Assembly: GCA_045837725.1 (NCBI GenBank)
Contig: JBEWZL010000203.1
Location: 1-64,000, forward strand
DNA from: Vermamoeba vermiformis
Taxonomy: Eukaryota
DNA length: 64,000 nt
Direction of reading: 5' to 3'
Of this stretch, positions 38,428 through 50,864 are shown piece by piece. The notes beneath the pieces were generated by a model. That model was not told the origin of the DNA, ran no database searches, and was given only the letters and a program-made list of their open reading frames with translations. Made by a program: the position numbers and the translations under genes. How positions within the stretch are numbered: position 1 is the first letter of the stretch; each line of letters starts with the position of its first letter.

Positions 38428-39922
38428 TTAGGCCTCGAACTCTTTCGGATCGGGCGACAAAAATACCTTTCCTTTGACCTTTTGCTTAGACTCTAATGCT
38501 CTCTGATAATCTTCAAAGGAAAATACGCCGAATACAGGCACCGATAACTTCTTCGTTGCGAACAGTTCTTTCAGTTCGTTATGGATCTCCTTAATTCTCT
38601 TGGGGTCGGCGTAGTCGTACCATTTATCTTCCCAAAATCCTAATTTAACAATTTATTAATATAAGCGGACATAATTATCGGAAATTAAGGTTTGAAATGT
38701 AAATGGGAAGTAAAACGTACCAGCAATAGTCTGCATCTTGAACAAGGTCTGATGCGCGCTGATCTTGATCTCGTTGCCTGCCATAATAGAAAACACGAGC
38801 ACCTTGCCGCGTTCAGCCAAGCAATTCAGAATTAGTTCAGTTGTAGGTGAACCAACCGGATCAATGGCTGAGAACAAATCAGCAGTCAGTCGTCACGTTA
38901 AATCGTAAAGGAATGATTCAATATATATAACATTATATAATCAGTAGCATTTTAACAGAGTTAGCGTACGTATAAACAGCAATCATATGCTGATGGAAAT
39001 TTCGTGCGGTCAAACTTTGGTCAAATGGCTCGTTTGTACTTACCGTAATTAGCTCCTTTGCCATTAGTCAGCTTCTTTACTTGCTCGATAACCTTGTCGT
39101 CGTTCTTATTATTCGCAACAATGACGTTGATGTCACCGTACTTTTTCTTCAGCTCTTCGGCGGATTCGTCTTTGCGAACTAAGTTGATAAGCTTGAAACC
39201 TTTGACCCTATTACTTGTTATTAATACATTGTATTGATAAAATTATGTGCTTACTTGGAGAGCTGAATAACGAGATTTCCGAGGACAGAGTTTGCTGCGG
39301 ATTGCAGAACCCAATCGTTTGGCGTGACTCGCAATTCATCTGTTTTGCAATCACTATAAATAATAATCCGAAAATATAAAGGAATGAAGCCAAGCCATAC
39401 CAAACAGCATTACATAAGCGGCGACCGGATTCACGAAGAATTGGCCTGCGACCATGTTGGAAATGCGCTCATCTTCCAGCGATACTACGCGAGTAAAAGG
39501 TTTCTTGATAACAACGTATTCGCTCCAAACGCCTAGAGTAAGGATTAGGTTAGATCTTTCGTGACTTTGCGATCTGATCGAAATTTACCTTTGCCGGAGA
39601 AAGCCACGCGCTGGCCTTGCTTAAGTTCAGATACGCCAGAGCCTACTTCGTGGATAATTCCGACTCCTTCGTTACCTGGTACAGCAGGAAGCTTTGGTTT
39701 TTCGATCCCGTACATTCCTGCAAGAAAAAATCATTACACAAATGAAAGAAAGGTTAATTACTTACCCTTAATGAAGAACTCTACAGAAGGATGGATTGGA
39801 GAAGCAATTAATTTGATTACAATTTCATCGGCGCCAGCTTTTGGGATCGAGGCTTCTTTCTTGAGCTGAAGAACCTTTTGTGGGTCTCCAAACTCGGTAA
39901 ATTCTAATTTTCTGTATGACAT
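38428..39922 (-). CDS. Medium-chain dehydrogenase/reductase, 2-enoyl-thioester reductase (MECR/ETR)-like
   Basis: [52 protein letters not shown]. Confidence 0.85.
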
Positions 39923-40285
39923 GATGAGTTGTTTATATGAGGCCTTAAGGTTAGAGATTAAAAGAGAGTGTAAGACTTTGTGTTTTATATTTTGAAAGGA
40001 GATGCAGTTTTCATGGAGAAACACGGTGATTAAAAATTATAAGAACTTTACCATAATTATTGCGATATATCGTATGATCGACTTCGGACTACGGCACTTT
40101 GTTTGGCTCTCACCAAAAATTCATAAAATTAAAGTCGCTCAAGAGATCTCCTCCTGTCACCCTCTTTGCTAAATAACAAGGCCATTAAATCACTAAAATA
40201 TAACCAGCGAATATTTGTCATCGAGTAACAGTTGTGGTCACCTATTTACTAACTAAACTACAATTACAAAGTTATTAGTTCTAAC

Positions 40286-42600
40286 TTAGGCGGTGATCGA
40301 AGGGAAAGTTTGTTGAATGTAACATCTCATGCGAGAGCGCTGTTGAGTAGTGAATTGATTGCGGCAATTTTGAGGTGCGTAGCCCATCAAGTTACGGAAC
40401 GGAGTGGCGCCAAAAGCTACATTTGTGCAATCGCGAGTACCTGGATCTTGGCACATGTTGTTGTTAGGAGTCGCGCGAGTATCAGAACAGAAGTCACCTA
40501 CAATAAGATATAAGAATACAATATAAAGCGAAACATTATTTTCAATGAAGACTGGTGCCAGATCTGCTACATACCGTTCCTATCGGCAGTGGTACGAGCG
40601 ACAGGTTCAAAGCAAGGATTGCCGCAGCCCCAAGCGCTTCCTTGGAACGTGTGCCACAAGCCTAACACAGAGTCAATACGACCTCATATGATTTACTAAA
40701 TAAGGAAAAACATACCAAACACGTGACCCATCTCGTGTGCAATGGTGTTGAAATTTCGACTGACAACACCAGGACGAACAGCCATGACGAGATTGATGGT
40801 GGGATTGCGAGTCCAAGGGAAGCGTGCTTCACCGTTGATGATGCCATTGGCAGTGCTGGGGTATTGGACGACGAAAATGTCGATGTTGCGAGGTTGAGCA
40901 AGTCCTGCAAAAAACAAGATCAGACCACGAAAGTTCTAGGCATATATTTCACACGATCTTGTACCTCTGTTTGAGTTGTACTGGCTCCACAAATTGTAGT
41001 ACACGTTGCTGTCTCTCATCGTGTAGAAGTTCGAGTTTCTGATGCGACGAGTTTCGCGGGTCACGAAGCGAATGTTAGTGGGACGGAAAACGTCGTTCAA
41101 AACGGCCAACTAAAGGGGTCGCTATTAATATTGCGAAGCTAATTAAGTTATATCGTGGTGGCGTACTGAATCAGGAATGGAAAAACCACTGATCGCGTCG
41201 ACAGGTTGCGAGCCATCAGTCTGCGAGAGAATATGCCACACAATGCCAATTGTCCACTGTTGAGTAGAGCTTGCGTAGCGGTCACTAACCATGCAATTAG
41301 CTTTTGTAGAAAACACAATATTGTTCATACCGAGTGGTCGGATTATCGCAGGCCAAAACACCATAAGGAGCACAAGTGGCTTGTTCAACAGAACGGTGTT
41401 TTTGTTCCTCGAAATGTTGTTCCATATGTCGGTGGTAGTAGTGATCAGTACCACAGCTCTCAGCGGTGTTGTTCATACGTCCTGCCAAGACTTTCAGATC
41501 CTAAAACCCAACCTTCGTAAAATCATTTTTTACGCACCTCCGTTGCGAGCCATTTTCTCGGCACGATAGAACTCGATAGAATTGTACGTGTAAAGCGAGA
41601 GGCCTAGAAAAACAGCACAGATAAGAATCAAGATTGTAAGTGACACGTGTCATTTTTGACGTACCAACATTTTCATCACGGATTGGATCGTAGCGAGACA
41701 TATCGAGCAATCCATGGTCTTCAAGCACATTGCTGACTTGGAACACTGAATTGGGCGTCAATCTAAAAATTAACGAGGGTTAGGGTTAATTTTGAAATTG
41801 ACGTGGAAGCTTCGTTTATGTTACGTACAAGAACAAACCCTTTCTGAATCTAACAATGCCATGGCCATAGACTCTAGGATTAGACTCGAATTGAATAGTA
41901 TTATAGTGGTCCGTATCAAATTCAAAGGTGCATTGTTCCGCCTAGTTCGGCGGCGCAGGAGCGGATGTGGACCTCTTCAGCTTTGAATTGGTCTTTAACG
42001 ATAAGATTGGCGTTGTCTAATGTGACCTTGGTAGTATCAATATTATCAACTGCAAAGATGCCGTTGCTAAATTTGGCTTCGTTAGCATGAACGAGATCCA
42101 AATGTAAGGGAACCACCAAATTCGCTGATTATCAATTAGTACTGCATATAAAGAATTGTTTGTACATGATTATTACTTACAAGCATCAAGAAGGACGTTT
42201 AAATCGGTTGATAGACGAAATGGGTTCAAAACGTCATTCACGTCACATCTGCAGAAAAATCGAGTGAATAATTAAATCTAATACGATACTCCAAAAATTA
42301 AAATGAAATTCAATATATGTTTTGACTCTATTCAATTATTTGAATGACATCAACGTTGGAATTAATTAAATACAACCTCAACTTACCGTTTCTCGCCAGA
42401 TTCGCTGAGAACAAAGCAAGACCAATTGTTGAAATTATAGATATCTGATGACATGCCAACCCATCTATTAAATAACAATTAATTTGACCGTTGTTGGTAA
42501 ACAGATGAACCTACTTGAACTGGATTGTGCTGCGTGGGACTTCTGCGAGAACCAAAGCGGTTCCAAGGACGGCCAATAATAAGACACTAGTGGCTCTCAT
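40286..42600 (-). CDS. Secreted metzincin metalloprotease, M43 (pappalysin/ulilysin-like), with long prodomain
   Basis: Signal MRATSVLLLAVLGTALVLA; zinc motif HEMGHVFG/LWH across an intron; GDFCSDT; Met-turn NLMGY; FTTQQRSRMRCY. Confidence 0.85.
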
Positions 42601-43014
42601 ATTGAACGACTGAAAAAACTTAATTGAACTGACGCTTGATTGAATTTACATTACAGGAGGGGGGATACAAACATTACCCGAACAGAGCCCCGAGAACGAT
42701 GGGTGTGAGGGATTACGTAAAAACAAACCCCGGAACTTGTAATGTATGGTTTTGAAAAAAGTTGACATTCGCCGGATCCCAAAAATCTCAAATTCACATT
42801 GCAGCAAATCAACAGGCAGTATATATCTAAACTTGATGGCATATCGTTATGCTATACATCAGCTTAAGAATCGTTACTGTAACTTGAGTTTCTCGTCGCG
42901 GAAATTTCAGGCGTCAGATCCAATCAAATTTTTTCCTTCTTGCGCAGTGTAAGCTAAAATCTATTTACATTTAATTATGATACAGCTCTATTAGGATCAC
43001 TTGTCCTAATGCAA

Positions 43015-46000
43015 TCATCGTCTATGATCTTTCGTGCGAGATTTGTTTTGGTCCTTGATCTCCTCCCCAGCGTTGTTATTATTACTCGGAGTATTTTTCT
43101 TATTACTTTCGGTCTCAGGATAAGTCGCCAATCTCTTTTTTTTGAACCACCGCGCGACTTCTTTAATAGCGCTGTTCTTAGGGAACAAGCGGTGCAGCAG
43201 ATCCAGATGCGAATTTTCAGTCTTCGTATTATCAATTGTATATGCGCCATCAAAAGTCGTTTCATATAATTTTTTAGCTTCTTTGACGCATAATGACGGG
43301 TCTGTGGAGGTAATATTGACTGGCGGGGCAGTGCCATTGGTATTATTGTTGTTATTCACTCCGCTGTTGAACACGCCCTAGCAAGACAATCAAGTCAATA
43401 CTTTGCAAAAATTTATCGATTTTCCTAATTTGGATATGTAATATTAAGTGAGATAAAGTTTTCAATAATCAGCGCTAAAAAGAGTGGTTTTTTAAGTAAA
43501 AAAATTATAGCGAACCAACGACTTGACGCGACATTTCCTAATATGGTAATGCTCTAAAAATAACTTACGACCATGTCACCAATAGTAGGTCCCAAGAGCC
43601 AAATGCGGGCAGGTTCAGTGTGCTTTGAAACTTTTTTCTCGGTGACTGACAGACGATACGCTTCCTGCCACGACTTCAATGCCTCTTCGCGCTCCTCGCC
43701 GAGCCACTTCGCAATGCCGTCCCAAAAATAGATGCGCGAGTGGACTGGACGTGACGCGGCTTGAATGGCCGCTGTCAGATCTGTGCGCGCTTGCCAGATC
43801 TGGCGTTGTTGGAGGGCCAGCAGTGCTCGCCAAAATAGACTCACCTGCAAATATGATCGATATATTAGCACTCATCGCGCATAGTACTTTAAAGAAATTA
43901 TGACTAATACAATATTTTGACCAAATTTTTCACGCGGAAAAAGTTTGCAGAAATTTCACAGTTGTTGTTATAATATAATAGTAGTAAAATTTTCTATTAG
44001 ATAATGATGTTACCTCATCCGGTCGCAAGTTGACAGCCTTGTCCAAGTCATTTGCAGTGTTGTCCCATTGTTCGAGCTCGTAATTAACGGCAGCGCGCCA
44101 GACATAGTGCCCGGCCCAATTAGGCAATAACTTAATCGACTCTGAAAAATCTGCAATGGCACTGTCGTAGCGTTCGAGACCAAAGTAAATTATTCCGCGG
44201 AACTGGTAATGGAAAGAATTGCTTGGCGCCAATTTGATCGCTTGATCGATGTCCTGCAAAGCCTCTTTGTTCCGCTTCAAATGACTGTGCATTATTCCGC
44301 GCCACGCGTAGTCGATGTCATCACCTGCCAAAAATGGAAAAAAGTCATTAGTAACAGCAAAACTTTCACGGCCGTGAAAAAATTGTTTGACACGTGTCAA
44401 ATGTCAACTTCGGCAACAAAATCGTAAGGATAGTTTCTCGAATTAAAGACGAAATTTCAATGTAATTACAGGTGCCACGTACCAGTCATTTTGACGGCAG
44501 CTTCAAAGTCAGCCATGGCCTCGACACATTCTTGTCGGTCACGGCGAATTCTGCCGCGCCAATGCAAGTAGTCGGAATTCGTGGCGTCGAGCTCCACTGC
44601 TTTGTTCATGTCTGACAGCGCTTCGTCCGTGTTGCCGCGATGACTAAATATGGAAAAAGAAAAACATTAGCACTCATCTCGTTTGTTAATCATTATTGTC
44701 CCAGCTATATATTGTACATCGATACATAAATCAGTGTTTTAAGATTAAATAATCTATATTTAGATATTGCAAGCTTGCAGAAGCTAAAAAAAGATCTTGT
44801 TCCAATGTCCAAATTAAAATTTTCACGAGTTAAAAAACGTTGTGCACGATATAGTTGTAATTGTACGTTATAACTAGGACATATATGCATATAAATATGT
44901 ATATGATATTATATTATAAGGAGCGTTACCTATGCAATCGACCACGTGAACAATAGTACTCGGCGTTGTTGGGCTCAATTTCAATGGCCCGATCCAAGTT
45001 GGCAATGGCCTGCGCGTAGTCTTTCATCTCTTTGAACACCAAGCCGCGACAAAAATGGTAAATAGCTATTTCAGGCTCGAGTTCCACGGCCAAATTGAAA
45101 TCGTCTAACGCGTCGGAGAATCTTCCGTCCTCGCGGGCCCAGTTCCCACGGATTCTATAAAAGGAAGAATTGTGGGGTTCGAGCGTTATGGCCTCGTCTG
45201 CGTCCATTTTGGCCGCGTCATTTTGTTTCAATTTTCTGAAGACACTTGCTCGGCGCATTAACAGCCCGCCAGTGCTGACATCTTTGTTTTTATTCTTCTT
45301 TTCTAAATTAGGAATGTGTTAGAGGGGAATATGAACGATATTGTTTTTAACGCGAGATACACGCGCTGAAGCTTTGCAAAAATTTTACGAAAGAGATTGT
45401 AACCGGAGATTACCGATAAAATTGTCTAGTTATTACATGACGCTTAAGAAAGTATATAATAATACTATTATAATGCTTTAATAATCGTTTAAATAATGAT
45501 CAGTTATAAATAACAAAAATAAATCAATTGTTTTAAGAGTTCGGATTTTTCATCCGCTCGACTAGTGATTCAATTATCTATTATTGCACGCAAGGTCATG
45601 TAATGTGATCTTATAATAAGCTAAAAATAGAACTAGCGCTTTAATCGATGCATTTCTAAGTCGGATCTGGCTTACCTGCTTTAAGTTGTAACGCTTTGGT
45701 CAGATCTTCTAAAGCAGTTTGATAATGCTTTAACTCCATATATACTAATGCACGACTATAATAGGAACGTTAATATTTCATAATAAGCATTAGAATCCGG
45801 TTCTCAAAGTTAGATCTGCTCGTGGATCTGGATGTACTTACGAGACGTAACTTTCGCAATCATTAGGTTTGGATTTTAAGGCCTTATTTGAAGGCGTTAG
45901 TCTTTTAGTAGTATCTTCATATACTTTTCTCCAATCTCTTTGACTATACAAACATAAAATCGTTAATTGTTTTTGCAGGCATCGGATGTACCACGAAATT

Positions 46001-46668
46001 TAGCTTAAAATGGCAAATTAATCGAGAAACTAAGTATATACCGTTTATATATATGAACTAGATCGCTTAGATGATATTTATATTAAATTTGAGTCCTCAT
46101 AAAACGAAATTTATGCGTGTATGTCGGATCTAGTTTCCGAAGAACAGAATCTTAAAGTAAATGTTGATTATATAAGAGAGCTTATTTAATATTACGTACC
46201 TTGAATAGTTAATTTTTATCTTAAAGTCCTTTGCCACTAAACGGGCCCAAAGTTTCGGTGAATCCGCAATCTGTCTCCATTTTGAAGATACTCGTGATAG
46301 CAATACCTGATGCAAGGTAAAATAAATTAAGTATGACTATCTAACATTGATTTATTATGAAAATACTGTCATGAAGTAATTTCAATGCTAAATCCAAATT
46401 TAAAAAATTCAAATTTATCCGTCAAATTACTTACGAGTTCTTTTGCCTCCATAAACGTGAATATTATTCCCAATACTTCATTAGGCATCTGAATTAAATA
46501 AGGAATAACGACAATCGGCTCTTTCTTTTTAGATTTTGACTTTGGCTTTTTTTCTTTTTTCTTAATGGTCAGTTTGAACGAAGAAGACTTCTTAATTCCC
46601 TTCTTTTGGGCAACGGAATCATCTTCCGCGTCTTTTTCTTTTTGTTTATGCCCGTCGTTGTCTTCCAT
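43015..46668 (-). CDS. F-box + TPR-repeat protein
   Basis: Lys-rich N-terminus; F-box LIQMPNEVLGIIFTFM...LSRVSSKWRQIA; many TPRs such as ALDDFNLAVELEP and AIADFSESIKLLP. Confidence 0.85.
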
Positions 46669-47121
46669 CGTTAAATTAAATAATAATGATTTCAATTCAC
46701 AAAAACAAACTCATCGTGGAAGAGCGTAAAGATAATGAATTAAGTTTATGTTCTTCCACCTATTTTGGCTTCTTCTATACCCTTTTTGTACGGATCCTTA
46801 CTTTTGTTAAGGTTGCAGATCGAGTGGAGTGAACAGAATTAACATGATTCAAATCTACCGGCGTTATGTATCTATCCAAGTAATAAATCATGGCAGTTAA
46901 AGGTATTTGAGCTCGATGTATTGTCCGCTTTACAAATTACCTAAAAAGGAAAATTGCTTTTGGGAGTGGATCCATAGACTTTAATAAGACGTACTCCAAA
47001 TATTGTACTTATTCCATAAATACTTTGATATGGTAACTAATCAATTGATATTTACAATAAATTTTACAATATTATAAAGAATTACATAGCTCGTTTGTAC
47101 AAAGGGTTTCTTCATTTTCGC

Positions 47122-48718
47122 TTATTTCTGGTTGTTTTTTCTTCGAAATAATTCTTTTAATTCTCGTGGAAAATTGATAGCGACACCAGGACAAGACACG
47201 TGTGATAAAATATTGTACCAGATCTCTAAGGGAAGAAGAGCTAGAAAACTGTCCGTATGCCAATATATAACGCATACTAATGACTTGCCACCTAATACTA
47301 CGTCATCTTGATTCTTTTTGTTGAGAATTAATTGCGGATGTGGCTTTTTTTCGTACTCGTATTCTCTCGGAATAACATCGATTAATGCTCTATTTGTCTT
47401 CATAATCTCGTTAGTATAGTAACCAACTCCAGATATATGCTTAGTGATTGCTAATACGTTCAATCCCGTGTTAAATTTCAAGCCTTCAAAGAACGGAGCC
47501 ACATCCGCATTGTTCATTCGCTCGTTATGCGATAAATATAGCTTCTTTAAGGTATTGTTAACTCTCATAGCTTCGCCTAGATTAATGTATCCTTGAGAAG
47601 TTATATTTTTGCCTTGAATATCAAGCCTGGTCAAAGTTGAATTTTTTTTGAGCGAATCTGCTATTAAGGCTAGATCTTGGAAAGGACTCGATATGCTGGC
47701 CGATGCTAATGATACGAGTGATGTATTATGCTCTATAATCTCTGCGACATATTGTTCAGACATGCTCTCATTCACCATAGATAATTGCGTCAAATTTTTG
47801 CTTTTTTTGATCCCATCCGCGATCGGACCAAAATGTTGGTCTTTAATTCCTGTTCCTAATAGCGATAGCCGCTTGATATTTCCATTTTTGGTAAGTAGGT
47901 CTCCAAGTGGTTGAAAATTGGGTCTCTCGACAGCCGAGTCATTGATCAAATCTGAAATGATCAGATCCGTTATTGAACTGTTGAGTAATTGGCTTGTAAA
48001 TGCACTTAAATTACGGTAGCTTATTCTATGTAATTCCATAGTATATATTTGCTTTTTGCAAATGACTTCGAGAAGCGGTTGGATCACATCTGAAATTGTT
48101 TGCATACATTCTGAAATCTTGAACGCATTGATACTAGTGTTCTTATATAATGCGTTGCTTAGCGATCCAAAATGAGCTCGTTGCATATTAATATCGGCTA
48201 TATTGCTCATATTAAACGGAAATTGAATTTCCAATCTGGTTATGGATTTGCTTTTTTCGAGCAGTTTTAGAACTTCGCCGCTGATTGTTGAAATACATCC
48301 TACCAGTACTATAGTCTTAATATTAGTATTCTTATTGATTCTATCTGCCACGATTTTCCAATCGCTCTCTTTGTAGTCGCCAGATTCCAACAAAAATAGC
48401 AATTTTTGCACCAATTCCGATCGATCTATTGCATCAAATAATTGTTTAATATATTTCCTAGAATATCTAAGGCAATCTACTTCGGTCACGTTGATTTTAA
48501 AGCTGATATTTTTTCGTAAATTATTTAAAATATCAGTCTCATGTGCAGCTTCAACGACCTGTACAATATTTCATATTATTAATAAATAATTATAAGATTA
48601 ATTTAAAATAATTAATCGTGTTAATTTAATGAAAAAATTGTAGATCCGGTTTGGTCTTTACCTTTTGCTCCGCAGCATTGTTGCTTTGCTTGAATAAATT
48701 CGATATAAATCCTATCAT
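47122..48718 (-). CDS. Ribonuclease-inhibitor-type LRR protein with C-terminal F-box-like motif
   Basis: Repeats such as LKKNSTLTRLDIQGKNIT and MRVNNTLKKLYLSHN; C-terminal LALLPLEIWYNILSHV. Confidence 0.8.
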
Positions 48719-48982
48719 TATGCTTCACTATTTATATGTGCTCGTGGTCTTCACATTGTTCTGCTTTAGCAAATTAAGCTCTGACAAACTTTGATACTTG
48801 AAGAGAAACAATAAAGGCCAAATGAAGTCATGCCACTGTATAATATACTAACGTGGATACTAAAATGAGTTAATCGCATTATGATCGCGAAATACGCAAT
48901 AGAAGAATTAAAGATCCGGATAAAATAATGTTGACTCGTCTTTACAAAAAGATTTCTTATTATAATGCTCATTATATTATAG

Positions 48983-50530
48983 CTACATGTGTACACTATC
49001 TACGCAATCAGCCTGATCAATCTTCGTATGTTGCAGAAAATCCAGCAGATCTTCAACACGTGCGCGGTTAACTCCAAAATCTCCTCTGCCAAGTCGTGCT
49101 TGCGCTTGAATTTCAATCGCTACTTGTTTGTCTTTCGTACAACTTAAGCGGAAGAACGTATCGTCGGGGAAAGCGAACCTATAGGAAGCGAATATTATGA
49201 AATTTCCAAAAAAGGCAAAAAAAGATCCGCCTTAAAAAGATGGACGGAAGCCAAAAAATGCAGGAAAATTAGAATAAGGTTGTATCTATATACGATATTA
49301 ACGTACATTTTGGTTAAAGTCCTCCAGCGAATGAATTTTTCGTCCTTTGACGTGGCAATTAAAGTTGAAAGGCTTGATCTGTCGAAAAACGCGTCGATTG
49401 CTTTAGCCATTGTTTGAACATCAGTTCTATATACAGGCATTGCCAATCCTACATATTAATCGTCAATAACAATCCAACCCCAAAAGTTTTGTAACGAGAT
49501 CGGATTTCGAAAATTGTTCAATTTGTTTTAGAACGCCTTAAATATACTTGATAATTACCTTCTGCGTTAACAGAGTTATTATAAGCCAATCTAATGCAGT
49601 TTGTCGTCAGTTTGCATTGAGTAGGAAACCCATCTCCAGGAGTTTCATAAGCGGCGCCAAGCATGTGCGTCAAAACCAATAAAAACACCCAAACTGTGAA
49701 GAATCCGTTTACTATAGTCATAGGTACCTATAAGACCATCATTTAATTAGTAAAGTGATTAAATTTTAAAGCGGATCCCGTTGATGTTGCTACGGGACCA
49801 AAATACCCAAAATACTTTGAATAGAGTCTCGTTAATAAGGCGAGTTCACTATAATACTTACCCTAAATCGCTTTTTCTTCTCAAAACTATGCTCGTCTTT
49901 GATAAATACGGCTATTTAAGGAAACAAAGTTAGTTTCAATTTTCGATCGGGATCTATCATTGCAATAATTATTGCTCGATATCGAGCCTATTATTATTAT
50001 AGGATATTTTAAATTATTAAGATCTTAGTATTACCATGAAAATGGATGCCAGCCAAAGCCACCAAAATAACTGATGAAATTAGACCTACGACATGTCCCC
50101 ACGACACGGCAAAATAAAACTCCATAATTCCCAGTACCTATCATATATTAATATTGTTAATATTAATTTAAATACTTATAGTAAGACGTATCAATAATCA
50201 CTGCGATCCAAAAGAACAAAAACGAAAAATTGCAATAAATTGGGAATCAAATGGCATATTATTTCCATAAATAAATCTTCTTATAGTACATGTTAAATTA
50301 TCCGTATTAATTAATCATTTAATTATGACGCAAGAATTAATTTTGCTAGATCCCAAAACTAAAAAATATTTTGCAAGTTTGACACTTACCAATTGAATTA
50401 TTAATAACGCAACAAAAGTGTATCCGATTTTGCCTATTCTTCTAGTATATAAACTGCTTTGAAAGCCGAATCCGTGAGGACCAACACTGCGCGTTTCTTT
50501 TACTAGCGGCTGCTTCTCACCTCTATGCAT
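48983..50530 (-). CDS. Membrane protein with C-terminal DUF1499-like domain
   Basis: Several TM-coding exons, then CKLTTNC, FPDD and QARLGRGDFGVNRARVE, resembling the DUF1499 C-terminal SRxGxxDxGxNxxR motif. Confidence 0.65.
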
Positions 50531-50864
50531 TTTAAATATATAAATATCAATAAAACATTAAGTACTGCCTATTGTGGTGATAAATGTTAATTTTAAGGCG
50601 GAATAACAGAACAACCTTTCGAATGACTTTTCAGTCAGATCGGATCTGAAATAAACGAATCGAAAACGCGTTAGCATTGATTCAATTACAGTGTAGTAAT
50701 CTAGTGCTTGTTTTTTCATATCCATTAGCCGATCCGCACATGTTTTAAATAGGATCCAAATTTTTTTGCCAGATTGAACTAATTAAATTCTATTTTATTT
50801 ATAAATAAGTACTAATAATATCAATATACGGCTAAAATATCAATAACAATATTTGCCCTCGTGC

